A stretch of 64,000 nucleotides of DNA. Source: Phycisphaeraceae bacterium (GTDB lineage Bacteria; Planctomycetota; Phycisphaerae; Phycisphaerales; Phycisphaeraceae). Below are positions 48,679 to 58,920 of the stretch, piece after piece. Numbering within the stretch: position 1 is the stretch's first letter; each line of letters begins with the position of its first letter. The DNA lies in NCBI GenBank assembly GCA_963674705.1, contig OY771506.1, positions 4,128,001-4,192,000 on the forward strand, given 5' to 3'. Made by a program: the position numbers and the translations under genes. The notes below the pieces were generated by a model that did no database searches, was not told the DNA's origin, and worked only from the letters and a program-made list of their open reading frames with translations.

Positions 48679-51597
48679 ATGAAACCGTATACCAAGCTCC
48701 ATGCCGCTGTTTTGGCCTTTCTCGCTATAGCGGCATGTTTCGTCAGCGCCCCCGCCTTGGCAGGCTACAAGCTCGTCTCCGCCGCCAGTCCTGACGATCC
48801 GATGGGGGTCTGGATCTATCGCTTGGATAACGGGCTGAAGGTGTACCTGAGCGAGAACCATGAGTCACCACGCTTCTACTCCGAGATCGTTGTACGAGCG
48901 GGCCACAAGCAGGACCCCGCCGACAATACCGGCCTGGCACATTACCTCGAGCACATGCTGTTCAAAGGTAACCAGCACATCGGCACGCTGAACTACGAAA
49001 AAGAGCAGCCGCATATGGATCGGATCACGGAACTGTATGAACAGCGATTCCATGAAACAGACCCTGCCAAGCGTGAAGCGATCTACAAACTGATCAACGA
49101 TGAAACTCAGGCGGCGTCAGAATTCGTCATACCCAACGAGTTCAGCGATGTTTACAAGGAACTGGGTGCCAGCGACCTGAACGCTCACACCTGGTTCGAA
49201 GAGACGGTCTACAAGGTGGGGCTGCCCGCCAATCGGCTACAGCAGTGGTGTATGATCGAATCGGACCGATACATCAACCCGGTTTTCCGCTTGTTCGTAA
49301 CCGAATTGGAAGTTGTCTATGAAGAGAAAAACCGGGCCTTGGACAACAAGGACCGGGTCGTCTTCGAGGCGATGATGCGTGACCTTTTCAAGGTGCATCC
49401 CTACGGCCAACAGACCACGCTCGGTGAGGTGGAACACCTGAAAAATCCTTCCCTCAAAGCGGTCCGCGAGTATTACGATACCTATTACGTTCCGAACAAT
49501 ATGGCGGTGATCATTTCCGGGGACATTAACCCAAGCGAAACGATCAAGTTGATTGATCAGTACTTCTCCCAATGGCAGGCCAGGGAACTGCCGGAGCCGA
49601 AGGTTTATGAAGAAGCTCCGTTGACCGATCGTGAGCAGATCACGGTCGATTTTGATGCAGAGCCTTACCTGCTGATGGGTTACCGCATCCCCGGGCGAAA
49701 TCACGAGGATGCGGACGCGCTGCGGCTGATGGATATGGTGCTCGCCAACAGCACGGCCGGGCTGATCGACCTGAACATGGTGCAGAATCAGAAGGTCCAG
49801 ACGGCGGGTGCTTCACCGTTTCTTCAGAATGACTATGGCTGGGAAATCTTCTGGGCCACGCCCAAGGAAGACCAGATACTCGAAGATGCCGAAGACCTGC
49901 TCCACGAGCAGATCGAAATGCTCAAACAGGGGGAGTTTGACGAGTCGCTGCTTTCGGGAATCATCGCTCGGTTCAAGATCGATGAGGAAAAATCGATGGA
50001 GTCCGACACGGGGCGCGTGGCGAAGATCCGCAACTCCTTCGTAGCCGGGCAGGACTGGTCCCACACGGTGGCTCAACTCGATCGCATGTCCAAACTCACG
50101 AAAGAGGATGTCGTACGTGTGGCGAACAAGTACTTCAGTGATGGCTTTGTCGTGGTGTACCGTATGAAGGGACAGCACGAGGTACCCGAAATCACCAAAC
50201 CTAAGATCGACCCTATCCCGATCGATCCGACGCGTAAATCAGCGTATGCCGAGCAGGTGCTAAGCATGCCGGTGGCGCCGATCGAGCCGACTTACATCGT
50301 GGAAGGTAAAGATTACACCGTCACCGAATTCGCCCCGGGTGTAGAGCTGGTCTACACCCCGAATCCGATGAACGATCTGTTTGCATTGAGCTTCGTCTTC
50401 GACAAGGGGTCACGACACGACAAGAGCCTGGAGATTGCAACGCGGCTGTTCAATCAGGCCGGCACTTCTCGGCTTAGCTCGGAAGAATTGAAAAAAGCCT
50501 GGTTCGCTTTGGGTACGGAAATGAGTTTCAGCACCGGGGCAAACCGCTGCGGGATCTCGATCGCGGGCCTGGACGAAAACCTGGAGGCATCCTTAGCGTT
50601 ATTGATTGAAGTGATTTCCGATCCTGTAGCGGACGAACAGATTCTCAAGGACATGGTCGAGAACACGATCACCCGCCGTGTGCAGGACAAACAATCGCAC
50701 CAGACCATCGCGTATGCGATCCGTGAGTTGAGCCGATACGGCGAACAGTCGAATTATCGGGATGTACTCAGTGATGAAGAACTGCGTGCACTTAAAGTGA
50801 ATGAACTGTTAGGCAAAGCCCGCTCCCTGATGGGGATGAAACACACCATCCGATACACCGGTTCACTGCCTATCGAACAGGTGACGGCGGTGCTGCAATC
50901 TCAACATGCGGTCGCGGGAGATCTGGAAGAACCACCCGCTTATATCTTGCGTGAGATGCGTGTGCCGGAGAATAATGAAGTACGTTTTTTCGATAAGCAG
51001 ATGGCACAATCGCTGATATATGTTGATATGCCCGGGGATTTCTACGATGAATCACTCGTGCCGATGGCTAATCTTTTTAATGGTTACTTCGGCGGCATGG
51101 GTGGCGTGGCGTACCAGGAATTGCGCGAATCGCGTGCCTTGGCGTATGTGGTCGGTGGGGGGTATTACACGCCATCTCGCCCCGATGCCCGTAACCAGAC
51201 GATCGGGATGATCGGCTGCCAAGTAGATAAAACCAGCGAGGCATCAAAAGGATTGGCAGGCCTGTTTAACGACATGCCGATGACCGAGGACCGTTTTGAT
51301 ACGGCAAGGACCGCATTAATCAACAGCTATCGCACGTCCAAGATAGGCTTCCGTGGCGTGGCTTCAACGGTTGATGAATGGAAACAGCTTGGGCTTGACG
51401 GCGATCCGCGTGCAGCGCGATTTGAAGCCATCCAGAACGCTAACATCGATACCTTGGCCGCGTTCTACCAGGCTGCTATCAAGGGCCGCCCGATGTATAT
51501 CACCGTGGTAGGCGACAAGGAAAAGATCGACCTTGATCAATTAAAGGAATTGGGCGAGGTAACGGAAGTCAGCCTGGACGATCTGTTCGCTTATTGA
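48679..51597 (+). CDS. secreted M16-family zinc peptidase (insulinase/PqqL-like)
   Basis: GLAHYLEHMLFKG inverted zincin motif; LNAHT; YQELRESRALAY. Confidence 0.93.
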   Translation: MKPYTKLHAAVLAFLAIAACFVSAPALAGYKLVSAASPDDPMGVWIYRLDNGLKVYLSENHESPRFYSEIVVRAGHKQDPADNTGLAHYLEHMLFKGNQHIGTLNYEKEQPHMDRITELYEQRFHETDPAKREAIYKLINDETQAASEFVIPNEFSDVYKELGASDLNAHTWFEETVYKVGLPANRLQQWCMIESDRYINPVFRLFVTELEVVYEEKNRALDNKDRVVFEAMMRDLFKVHPYGQQTTLGEVEHLKNPSLKAVREYYDTYYVPNNMAVIISGDINPSETIKLIDQYFSQWQARELPEPKVYEEAPLTDREQITVDFDAEPYLLMGYRIPGRNHEDADALRLMDMVLANSTAGLIDLNMVQNQKVQTAGASPFLQNDYGWEIFWATPKEDQILEDAEDLLHEQIEMLKQGEFDESLLSGIIARFKIDEEKSMESDTGRVAKIRNSFVAGQDWSHTVAQLDRMSKLTKEDVVRVANKYFSDGFVVVYRMKGQHEVPEITKPKIDPIPIDPTRKSAYAEQVLSMPVAPIEPTYIVEGKDYTVTEFAPGVELVYTPNPMNDLFALSFVFDKGSRHDKSLEIATRLFNQAGTSRLSSEELKKAWFALGTEMSFSTGANRCGISIAGLDENLEASLALLIEVISDPVADEQILKDMVENTITRRVQDKQSHQTIAYAIRELSRYGEQSNYRDVLSDEELRALKVNELLGKARSLMGMKHTIRYTGSLPIEQVTAVLQSQHAVAGDLEEPPAYILREMRVPENNEVRFFDKQMAQSLIYVDMPGDFYDESLVPMANLFNGYFGGMGGVAYQELRESRALAYVVGGGYYTPSRPDARNQTIGMIGCQVDKTSEASKGLAGLFNDMPMTEDRFDTARTALINSYRTSKIGFRGVASTVDEWKQLGLDGDPRAARFEAIQNANIDTLAAFYQAAIKGRPMYITVVGDKEKIDLDQLKELGEVTEVSLDDLFAY

Positions 51598-51648
51598 TCG
51601 ACCACTGGTCTCACCGTTACAAATCGTTTTACATCAGCACCATAAATT

Positions 51649-51678
51649 AACAAGGGGAGCTTTCGCTCCCCTTGTTTT
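51649..51678. terminator. bidirectional terminator
   Basis: AACAAGGGGAGC-TTTC-GCTCCCCTTGTTTT. Confidence 0.85.
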
Positions 51679-51707
51679 CATTTGCTCTTGTAGCTGATGC
51701 GAGACGA

Positions 51708-52397
51708 TCAGCGACGGCGGAACATCGCCAGGCCACCCAGACCGAACAGCGCCAGCGAGGCGGGTTCGGGAATTGCCACGTTAATCCCCGAAGCGGGGCG
51801 TGTGAAGTTACCGGGACCAATCAGGCCGGTGGGCAGATTGTTCTTTTCCCAAGCAACAGCAGGATCGCTGGCAAGTGCGATATCACCGGCAACCGGTGCG
51901 CTTGGCGTGCTGGAAAGGCTGAAGAGGTCTTCACCAGCAGCGTTACGCGGATTGCTGCCATCAGCGCCAATGCCTAAATAGTAGATGCCGTTGCCAGAAA
52001 GCCAGCTGGAATCAATTGCCGTGCTGGCACCTGCACCGAGTACACCTGCGATCGCGTTGCCGGAGGCATCGAAGAGGACCAGGCTGTGGCCACCACTCGT
52101 CCAAGCCGAAAAGTTAGCGGCATCTGTGACGTTGATCTGGAACAAGTCGGCGTCGTTGGACCAGAGCTTGGGCTGGATCGCACCGACTGTGCTGTCAGCT
52201 ACCACCTCAGCGCCGGCAACGGTTCGGCCGTACATGTCCCACGCAGCGAAGAAACCGGTCTCGCCGTTATCTTCCAGAGCGCCTGCCGGGATCGAAAAAA
52301 TCCCAGCATCTTCGAAGAAGGTCCCGGCCGACGCCGGCACCGCGGCCGTACCTAGAACGAGAACACCCGCCACAAACAGACTCTTACCCATTTTCAT
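51708..52397 (-). CDS. PEP-CTERM surface protein (PPC/DVUA0089-like core)
   Basis: signal peptide; DADLFQI..LVLFDASGN..GIYYLGI; IPEPASLALFGLGGLAMFRRR. Confidence 0.85.
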   Translation of the reverse strand: MKMGKSLFVAGVLVLGTAAVPASAGTFFEDAGIFSIPAGALEDNGETGFFAAWDMYGRTVAGAEVVADSTVGAIQPKLWSNDADLFQINVTDAANFSAWTSGGHSLVLFDASGNAIAGVLGAGASTAIDSSWLSGNGIYYLGIGADGSNPRNAAGEDLFSLSSTPSAPVAGDIALASDPAVAWEKNNLPTGLIGPGNFTRPASGINVAIPEPASLALFGLGGLAMFRRR

Positions 52398-52500
52398 CTT
52401 TCTCTCCTTCCAAAGGAACAATAAATATTACACAAAGCCCTTATAAACAAACTATCAAGCTACCTGTCCAACGAGGACAGTAAGAACTACGTGTTGAACT

Positions 52501-54177
52501 TCATCGATTACAACCGCGACGTCTGAATATCACACTAACGCTGCCGATAGCCAAGAGAAGACCCACTGCCGGTTCCGGTACGACCGTAGTCGGCGGTGTG
52601 CCGGCATTCCAGTTCCCGAGGATGATGTCCAGATCATCAAGACCGACAAAGCCGTCGCCTGACGGATCACCCAGCAACGGATCACCCGCAGTGACGTTCT
52701 GGTTCCAGTTGCTCAAGACGATATCCAAGTCATCCAAACCGACAAAACCGTCGCCATTCAGATCACCATCCAGCCCGGGGATGCTTGCCAAAAGGATGTC
52801 CATGTCGAGCTGGTCAACGATATCGTCTCCGTTAAAGTCGCCGTCGGCCCAACCGCCTGCCGTATTCAGGTTCGCCTGCACCAACGTCTTGTCTAAGTCA
52901 TCAACCACACCATCGAGGTTAGCGTCACCAAACTCTGAATCAAGGATGTTGTAGATGAGCATGCACATGTCGCCCATGTCGATGCGTGAGTTACCCGTCA
53001 AGTCCATGACGGTGTCGCTGGCGCTGAGATTGATTTCGGGTTCCCAGTTGTTCGCACCGACGGTAAGGAAGTCAAGCGGCAGGCCGTCCAGTGTCACACC
53101 TGTCGTGGGGTCCAATCCCTGGCTCGAAAGTTCAGCGATGCGATCAAACAACAGGTCGATATCGGTTGCATCCGTGCTGTTGTTATCGCTGAAGTCGCCC
53201 GGCTTACGGAGGTTCAGGTACATGATGCCGTCGTTGGGGTGGATACTGGTGAACCCAAAACGGACCGTTCCGCCGGCACCATCGTCGGGGATAAGGTCAT
53301 CCTTCTGGTTGCCATTTGCGTTGGTGACGTAATCACCGGCCGAAGGTGTCTGATCAACCATATCAGGAGCATATCCGGAAAAACGCGCACTACCCGTAAG
53401 CGCGATGAAGTAATCACCGGCGGGCAGGATGGGGTACTGATCCCAGTCAGCATCAGGATCATAGTCCGGATGAGACGGGTCCCAGAGCGGATTTTCTGCC
53501 GGATTGTTCAAGAACGCTATCTGACTTGTTCCACGTTGGTTACTCAGCCAGATATCACGGCTGAAAACAAAGCCGGCCGGATCCAATGTTACATTTCCGT
53601 CTACATCGATATCTGTGATCAAACCTAAGCCGCTCTGCGTAAAACCGCGTGCAACCGGTTTGAGTGGCTCGTAAGGGGAATTATTGACACGATTACCCAA
53701 AGCAGGCAATGTCGCATCGAGCCCGTTGGTTACGGGTTCCACGTTGCTTGGTTCATATTCGGTTTGCGCTCGGACGCTGCTCTGTTTCAATACCAGATTG
53801 CCATCGGAGTCAAAGATGGCCAGCTCGGTGCTCGGTGTCCCGGTCCATCCGCCGAAACCAAACGCCGCGGTTGAGCCGAAGGTATCGATGATGATGTCGG
53901 AGACACCGTCTGAAGTAAACTTAAACCACGCGAGTGAAGCATCGGCGCCGTATACCGCACCGGTGTGGAATGTGGCAATGCTATCCCCCATGGTAATCTG
54001 ACCGGCATAATACTCCGTATTATCCGTATTCGATGGGAATGCATTTCCGATTCCGACACTGAGCCCGATTGTTTCCGGGGTATCGGTCCCACTAATGCCT
54101 ATCGCTACAGCATTTAGCTGTGTACTTGTCAGGGCCACTGCTAATGCAGCGATTGCCGATTGTTTACAAATAATCAT
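52501..54177 (-). CDS. PEP-CTERM surface protein with multiple dockerin-like EF-hand repeats
   Basis: WFKF..DG..DTFGS..ELAIFDSDGNLV..ILPAGDYFI; GDANLDG/GDFNGDD/GDLNGDGFVGLDDLD; VPEP tail. Confidence 0.85.
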   Translation of the reverse strand: MIICKQSAIAALAVALTSTQLNAVAIGISGTDTPETIGLSVGIGNAFPSNTDNTEYYAGQITMGDSIATFHTGAVYGADASLAWFKFTSDGVSDIIIDTFGSTAAFGFGGWTGTPSTELAIFDSDGNLVLKQSSVRAQTEYEPSNVEPVTNGLDATLPALGNRVNNSPYEPLKPVARGFTQSGLGLITDIDVDGNVTLDPAGFVFSRDIWLSNQRGTSQIAFLNNPAENPLWDPSHPDYDPDADWDQYPILPAGDYFIALTGSARFSGYAPDMVDQTPSAGDYVTNANGNQKDDLIPDDGAGGTVRFGFTSIHPNDGIMYLNLRKPGDFSDNNSTDATDIDLLFDRIAELSSQGLDPTTGVTLDGLPLDFLTVGANNWEPEINLSASDTVMDLTGNSRIDMGDMCMLIYNILDSEFGDANLDGVVDDLDKTLVQANLNTAGGWADGDFNGDDIVDQLDMDILLASIPGLDGDLNGDGFVGLDDLDIVLSNWNQNVTAGDPLLGDPSGDGFVGLDDLDIILGNWNAGTPPTTVVPEPAVGLLLAIGSVSVIFRRRGCNR

Positions 54178-54782
54178 CTCATCCCTTTCCCAATTGCTCC
54201 CAAGCCATAGGAGCATCACTGATCAGTCGTATTCGAGGAATCCCGGAACATAAATTCTTCTTAATGATAATTATCTCTCCCTCGTACCTGAACATGTATT
54301 TATAGACCGACAGGATGCGATCTGATTATAGGGATAATTGATTGACATACAATAGCTTTGGGAATCCGAGAGCAAATATTATCACGGCCTGAGTTGTTAA
54401 CTGGCAGTCTAGTGAGATGGGAATATCAACTGCACCATTTTCATGAGAACCAGCTTTCAATAGGACCGGAGGCCGAATGATCAGACCGTTTAATCTCATC
54501 ATCAAGTCGTGATACTGATAACCTTTACATCTCTTGTGATTCGTCACATTTTCCTTGTGGTCGTAAGACGATCAACATATGATAGGTTTTAGGACAATGG
54601 CTTGTATCTGTTCATCAACCTAGCAAATGTTACGGCCGTATCAGATCATTACATCATGTAAGCTACGATCTGTTAGTATGTTGGCTGTCTAATCGGACTT
54701 GTTTTTGTACTCGGGGATTATTTTGATCCGGATTCTGTTTAACAACTTTCTCAGAATATAAAGATCAGTTAGGGCGTATTAC

Positions 54783-55667
54783 ATGACCGGAAGCAATCAA
54801 TCCTGCTCAAATAAACCGCATTCACTCCCAGGCTTCACGCTGATCGAACTGCTTGTTGTGATTTCAATCATAGCGCTTTTGGTTGGCATCCTTTTACCCG
54901 CGCTAGGAGCGGCACGAAGGTCAGCCCGTGCGGCCGTTTGCATGAGTAATGTCAGGCAAATGAGCACGGCTCAGACCGCGTACGCAAATGCGAACAAGGA
55001 AATGCTGCCTGCAGGTAACCGCCGGGAAAACCCGCTGAGACAGATTACGTGGCAGGCAGCGACATATCAGTTCCTCACAGGGAACAAACTCGACGATACC
55101 TATCTAAGACCGACGGTTGACGACGACTTCCTTGTCGGCACAGCTTTTGAGTGCCCGCAAGCATCGCTGGATGAGGTCTCACCCGATGTTTATCAACTTA
55201 GCTACACGATGAATATCAATTTACTAGGCGACCCATACGTATCGAATATCATCGGTGCAGGCAATTCATCCAAACTGAACAATGAAAATAAGTACCTGGA
55301 ACAGATTTATTCACCTTCAGAAACCCTTCTCATAGCTGATGGCGACACACCCATCGTTACATGGGACACCGCCGGTGATAAAGACCAGGTTTCCGCATTC
55401 GGCCAGGGGGATCCTTTTGACTCCGTCACACAGCACAGCACGATGCGTCACGGATCGAATTTGTGTATCGGGCGTGCAGATCTGAGTGTGTCCAGACCGG
55501 AATGGCTTAACGACGATGTAGAAATACCTATCCCAACCCAGGTTATCACTCTTCGTCGAGGCCCAACCGTCTTACCGAGTGACTTCTCAAAGACCATCAA
55601 ACTATTCTGGTATGGTCGTCTCAATGATATTTCCGATGATGCGCCGCGATCCAAGATTCAGTACTGA
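54783..55667 (+). CDS. prepilin-type N-terminal cleavage/methylation protein (DUF1559-like)
   Basis: [40 protein letters not shown]-x9-DL. Confidence 0.9.
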   Translation: MTGSNQSCSNKPHSLPGFTLIELLVVISIIALLVGILLPALGAARRSARAAVCMSNVRQMSTAQTAYANANKEMLPAGNRRENPLRQITWQAATYQFLTGNKLDDTYLRPTVDDDFLVGTAFECPQASLDEVSPDVYQLSYTMNINLLGDPYVSNIIGAGNSSKLNNENKYLEQIYSPSETLLIADGDTPIVTWDTAGDKDQVSAFGQGDPFDSVTQHSTMRHGSNLCIGRADLSVSRPEWLNDDVEIPIPTQVITLRRGPTVLPSDFSKTIKLFWYGRLNDISDDAPRSKIQY

Positions 55668-55749
55668 ATGGTCACGCTAGCGTATGAGCAGACATATAAT
55701 CGGCTAATCGGCGAGGTCTAGCCGGCGTATTGTTCAATGGGAGTCAACT

Positions 55750-57087
55750 ATGTTTAGAAAATCGGTCAGGTTTCCTTTGGCGTGTTGCATGGGATTATTT
55801 TGCTGCTGGCTTAATTCGGTCCAAGCAGAGTCACCAGTTACTCCAGAAACAACAATCATAGATGCTGCGATCTCGGTCTACCAAACCCAATTCCAGGAGG
55901 CACGCCAGAGCGGGCAGTGGCCATCGGCCGAGCAGCGTGGAGAGATGGTAGACCAGGCGTTAACAGGCATCGACCCGGCAACACTTAGCCTCGATGAACT
56001 GGACGCACTGACCGCGTCTGTGCCGATTGTCTATGGCTCACAGGCAGATGCTTATGATGCACAACTAACAAATTTCGCTGAACAGCAGACCACAGAAGGC
56101 GCCCGGGCCGCGGCGCTGCGATTCAGGCTTATGGGCCGTGACACTATTCAGGAAGATCGTGCTGAAGCTGTTCGTGACTTGTTCAGCCATCCCGGATTGG
56201 CTGAGGCTTGGCAGCAGGGCCAGGCTATGGATGTATTCAATTCGTTCTACTTCCTGGATAAAGATGCGCTCAAGTCATTGCACGTGGACTTTGTCTCGCT
56301 AGAGCCGATCGTGGACGCGAAGATGCCCGTGGCGTTTTTCAACCGAATGGCGGGGGCTTTTTTTGCCATGGCCAATATCGATGACACCGAATCCTCGCAG
56401 GCACGTGAGTCATTGCGTCTTGCGTTAGTCAGTGCGATCGATGAGAAGCTGAAAGACGAAACGCTGGATGAAGAGCAAACCAAGCAACTCACCGATGCTC
56501 GCGGTCGGCTGGACGGGGCCTACGCTAAAGGTGAATTGCTCGATCATACCGCACCGGAATTGCACTTCAGTTGGTGGTCCAACCCCAGTGATGCGGATGA
56601 AAGCTTCAGCAAGCTTTCCGATCTGAAAGGCAAGGTTGTGGTGCTTGACTTCTGGGCGACCTGGTGCGGGCCTTGCGTGGGCAGCTTCCCGAATGTGAAG
56701 GAATTACAGAAACACTACGAGGGCTACGATGTCATGATCGTTGGCGTGACCAGCCTGCAGGGGGCTCATTACCCGGGCGATGGACGGGACAAGATTGATA
56801 CATCCAATGAACCGGAAAAAGAGATGGCTCTCATGAAGGAGTTCATGGAGTCAAAAGGTGTGACGTGGCGGGTCGCGTTTGCTGAAGAACCCGTTTTCAA
56901 TCCCGACTACGGCGTCAACGGTATCCCCCATGTTGTCATCCTGGACACGAAGGGTGTCGTCCGTTTCCGCGGCCTCCACCCGGCAATGCCGGAGGCGCAG
57001 AAAACCAGCAAGATCGATCTACTGCTGACCGAGGCCGGTAAACCCGTTCCAACCTCTGAAGAAAAATCCGAAGAAGGAACAAATTAA
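55750..57087 (+). CDS. TlpA-family thiol-disulfide oxidoreductase with helical N-region
   Basis: signal peptide; KGKVVVLDFWATWCGPC; GIPHVVILD. Confidence 0.9.
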   Translation: MFRKSVRFPLACCMGLFCCWLNSVQAESPVTPETTIIDAAISVYQTQFQEARQSGQWPSAEQRGEMVDQALTGIDPATLSLDELDALTASVPIVYGSQADAYDAQLTNFAEQQTTEGARAAALRFRLMGRDTIQEDRAEAVRDLFSHPGLAEAWQQGQAMDVFNSFYFLDKDALKSLHVDFVSLEPIVDAKMPVAFFNRMAGAFFAMANIDDTESSQARESLRLALVSAIDEKLKDETLDEEQTKQLTDARGRLDGAYAKGELLDHTAPELHFSWWSNPSDADESFSKLSDLKGKVVVLDFWATWCGPCVGSFPNVKELQKHYEGYDVMIVGVTSLQGAHYPGDGRDKIDTSNEPEKEMALMKEFMESKGVTWRVAFAEEPVFNPDYGVNGIPHVVILDTKGVVRFRGLHPAMPEAQKTSKIDLLLTEAGKPVPTSEEKSEEGTN

Positions 57088-57138
57088 GTCTTACCGATAC
57101 AAGTTGGTGTGCAGCAGTTCAGCGCTAACTGATGTTAA

Positions 57139-57177
57139 CAAAAAAAACGCCCCAGCAAATGCGGGACGTTTTTTTTA
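57139..57177. terminator. bidirectional terminator
   Basis: A-run, imperfect ACGCCCC../..GGGACGT stem, T-run between convergent genes. Confidence 0.65.
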
Positions 57178-57221
57178 TTGGTTAAGAGGCTATGTTGACC
57201 GGCCGCCAAAGCGAGGTGACC

Positions 57222-58499
57222 TCAAGCGCTACGCCGCAGTAGCGCCAGCCCACCCAGCAGTGTGAGAGCTAATGTCGCCGGCTCCGGGATCGCAATGGTA
57301 GGGGGTGTGCCGGCATTCCAATTGTTCAGAATCGTGTCCAGGTCGTCCAGGCCCACGAAGCCATCGCCGGAAGGATCGCCTTGCAGCAGATCACCCGCGG
57401 TCACATTCTGATTCCAGTTATTCAGGACGATATCAAGGTCATCCAGGCCGACAAACCCATCACCGTTAAGATCGCCTTCGATGGCAAGAGCGTAGTGAGT
57501 GACATTGAGCTGGATGTCGCCCCAGGCGTTGGGGTAAAAATCGCTGGGTTGACCCATATAGATTTCAAAAGGCCCCATCGGTTCGTCGATGATGGGAACA
57601 TTTTCGATGAACACGGGATTGAATGGATTGGTACGATCCCAACCATCGTGGATGGGTGTCATGAGAAATTCTTCTTTGTATGTATCACCGGAAAAACTCG
57701 GTGGCGAGCCGGTTACGACCACGTAATACTCACCGGCGGGCAGGATGTTGTAACGGTTCCAGCTGGATCCCGGCCCTGTTGAATATCGATCCGACGCCCG
57801 GAAGAACGGTCCACCATCCAGAACAATCTGCAACGAATCACGCCAGACCTCGTACTCATTCCGCCCGTCGCTATACGTTTGATAGGCGCAATCCGAGCAT
57901 CCGGGAATACGCAAGCCTTCATAGTCATCAGGTGACAGCGGATCAGAGATTGCTCCCGGACTTGTATCCCAATGAGGATTACCCGGCGCGTTCTGCATGA
58001 ATATCAATTCTGAAAGCTCAACAGCACTCGCCCGCAAGTGGTAATTCGGGTCTTCCGGATTATCCACAGCGGAAGGGAATTCGGGGACCAGATCACCATT
58101 CAAATCCCTGACACCACCGGTTCGAGCAACCAGATTTCCAGACGCATCGTACACAGCGATCTGCGTTGCATTCCCGGCCGTCAACCAACTGCCGGGGGAT
58201 CGATCGGGGTCGGGGCCTTCGCTGGAAATATTTGTACCGTAGGTATCGAACGTCACCGCGCTGTTGCCATCTGCGATGTATTTGAACCAATGGATCGCCG
58301 GCTGTGCGTTATCGAATTCATCCTTGCTATGCAGCCCGCTCCATGTCTGCGTGCTATTCAAATCGACACCAAATGTCGCATTGACCGGATCGGTCAACGG
58401 ATCGAAGGTTAGTACTTCGCCAAAGTAGACGGCCTGCGCCTGTGAGACACTCAACGCGATTGAAGCACAAATCGAAATACACAATGGTAAAGATCGCAA
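57222..58499 (-). CDS. PEP-CTERM surface protein with dockerin-like pair; paralog of 52501-54177
   Basis: WFKY.ADG..DTYGT..QIAVYDASGNLV..ILPAGEYYV; GDLNGDGFVGLDDLD; IPEPATLAL. Confidence 0.85.
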   Translation of the reverse strand: MRSLPLCISICASIALSVSQAQAVYFGEVLTFDPLTDPVNATFGVDLNSTQTWSGLHSKDEFDNAQPAIHWFKYIADGNSAVTFDTYGTNISSEGPDPDRSPGSWLTAGNATQIAVYDASGNLVARTGGVRDLNGDLVPEFPSAVDNPEDPNYHLRASAVELSELIFMQNAPGNPHWDTSPGAISDPLSPDDYEGLRIPGCSDCAYQTYSDGRNEYEVWRDSLQIVLDGGPFFRASDRYSTGPGSSWNRYNILPAGEYYVVVTGSPPSFSGDTYKEEFLMTPIHDGWDRTNPFNPVFIENVPIIDEPMGPFEIYMGQPSDFYPNAWGDIQLNVTHYALAIEGDLNGDGFVGLDDLDIVLNNWNQNVTAGDLLQGDPSGDGFVGLDDLDTILNNWNAGTPPTIAIPEPATLALTLLGGLALLRRSA

Positions 58500-58920
58500 C
58501 AGAGCCTCCTATCCTGGTCACTTGTTTCAGGTATGCTCGGTTCAGCCCAGCAAACAACATGACAACATGGGTCGATGGCACCTTCAACAATAAACAAGCA
58601 TGTCATGGATGAACACAAGCCAAACACTACTGAGAACGCATAATCACTACGGGTTCTCTTGCGATCTTATCATACTTATGAGCCGGCTTCCGCGCCAAGA
58701 CTAATCTGTCATCTTTAGAGGATAAAGTACGTACTGAGAAAGTCTTTGCATTAACAGCACCCGATATGTTCACGACAACAATGTCTTTTGTAAGTGTTTT
58801 TGCTGGAAGTATTGTATACGCTGGTTTATCTCGTATGATTGGCTCTATAATCTAGAATCTAGCTCATGCTTGTGTTACCAAGTCATGACTTCCTGAGCGG
58901 CGAATTAACTGAGACTTTTC

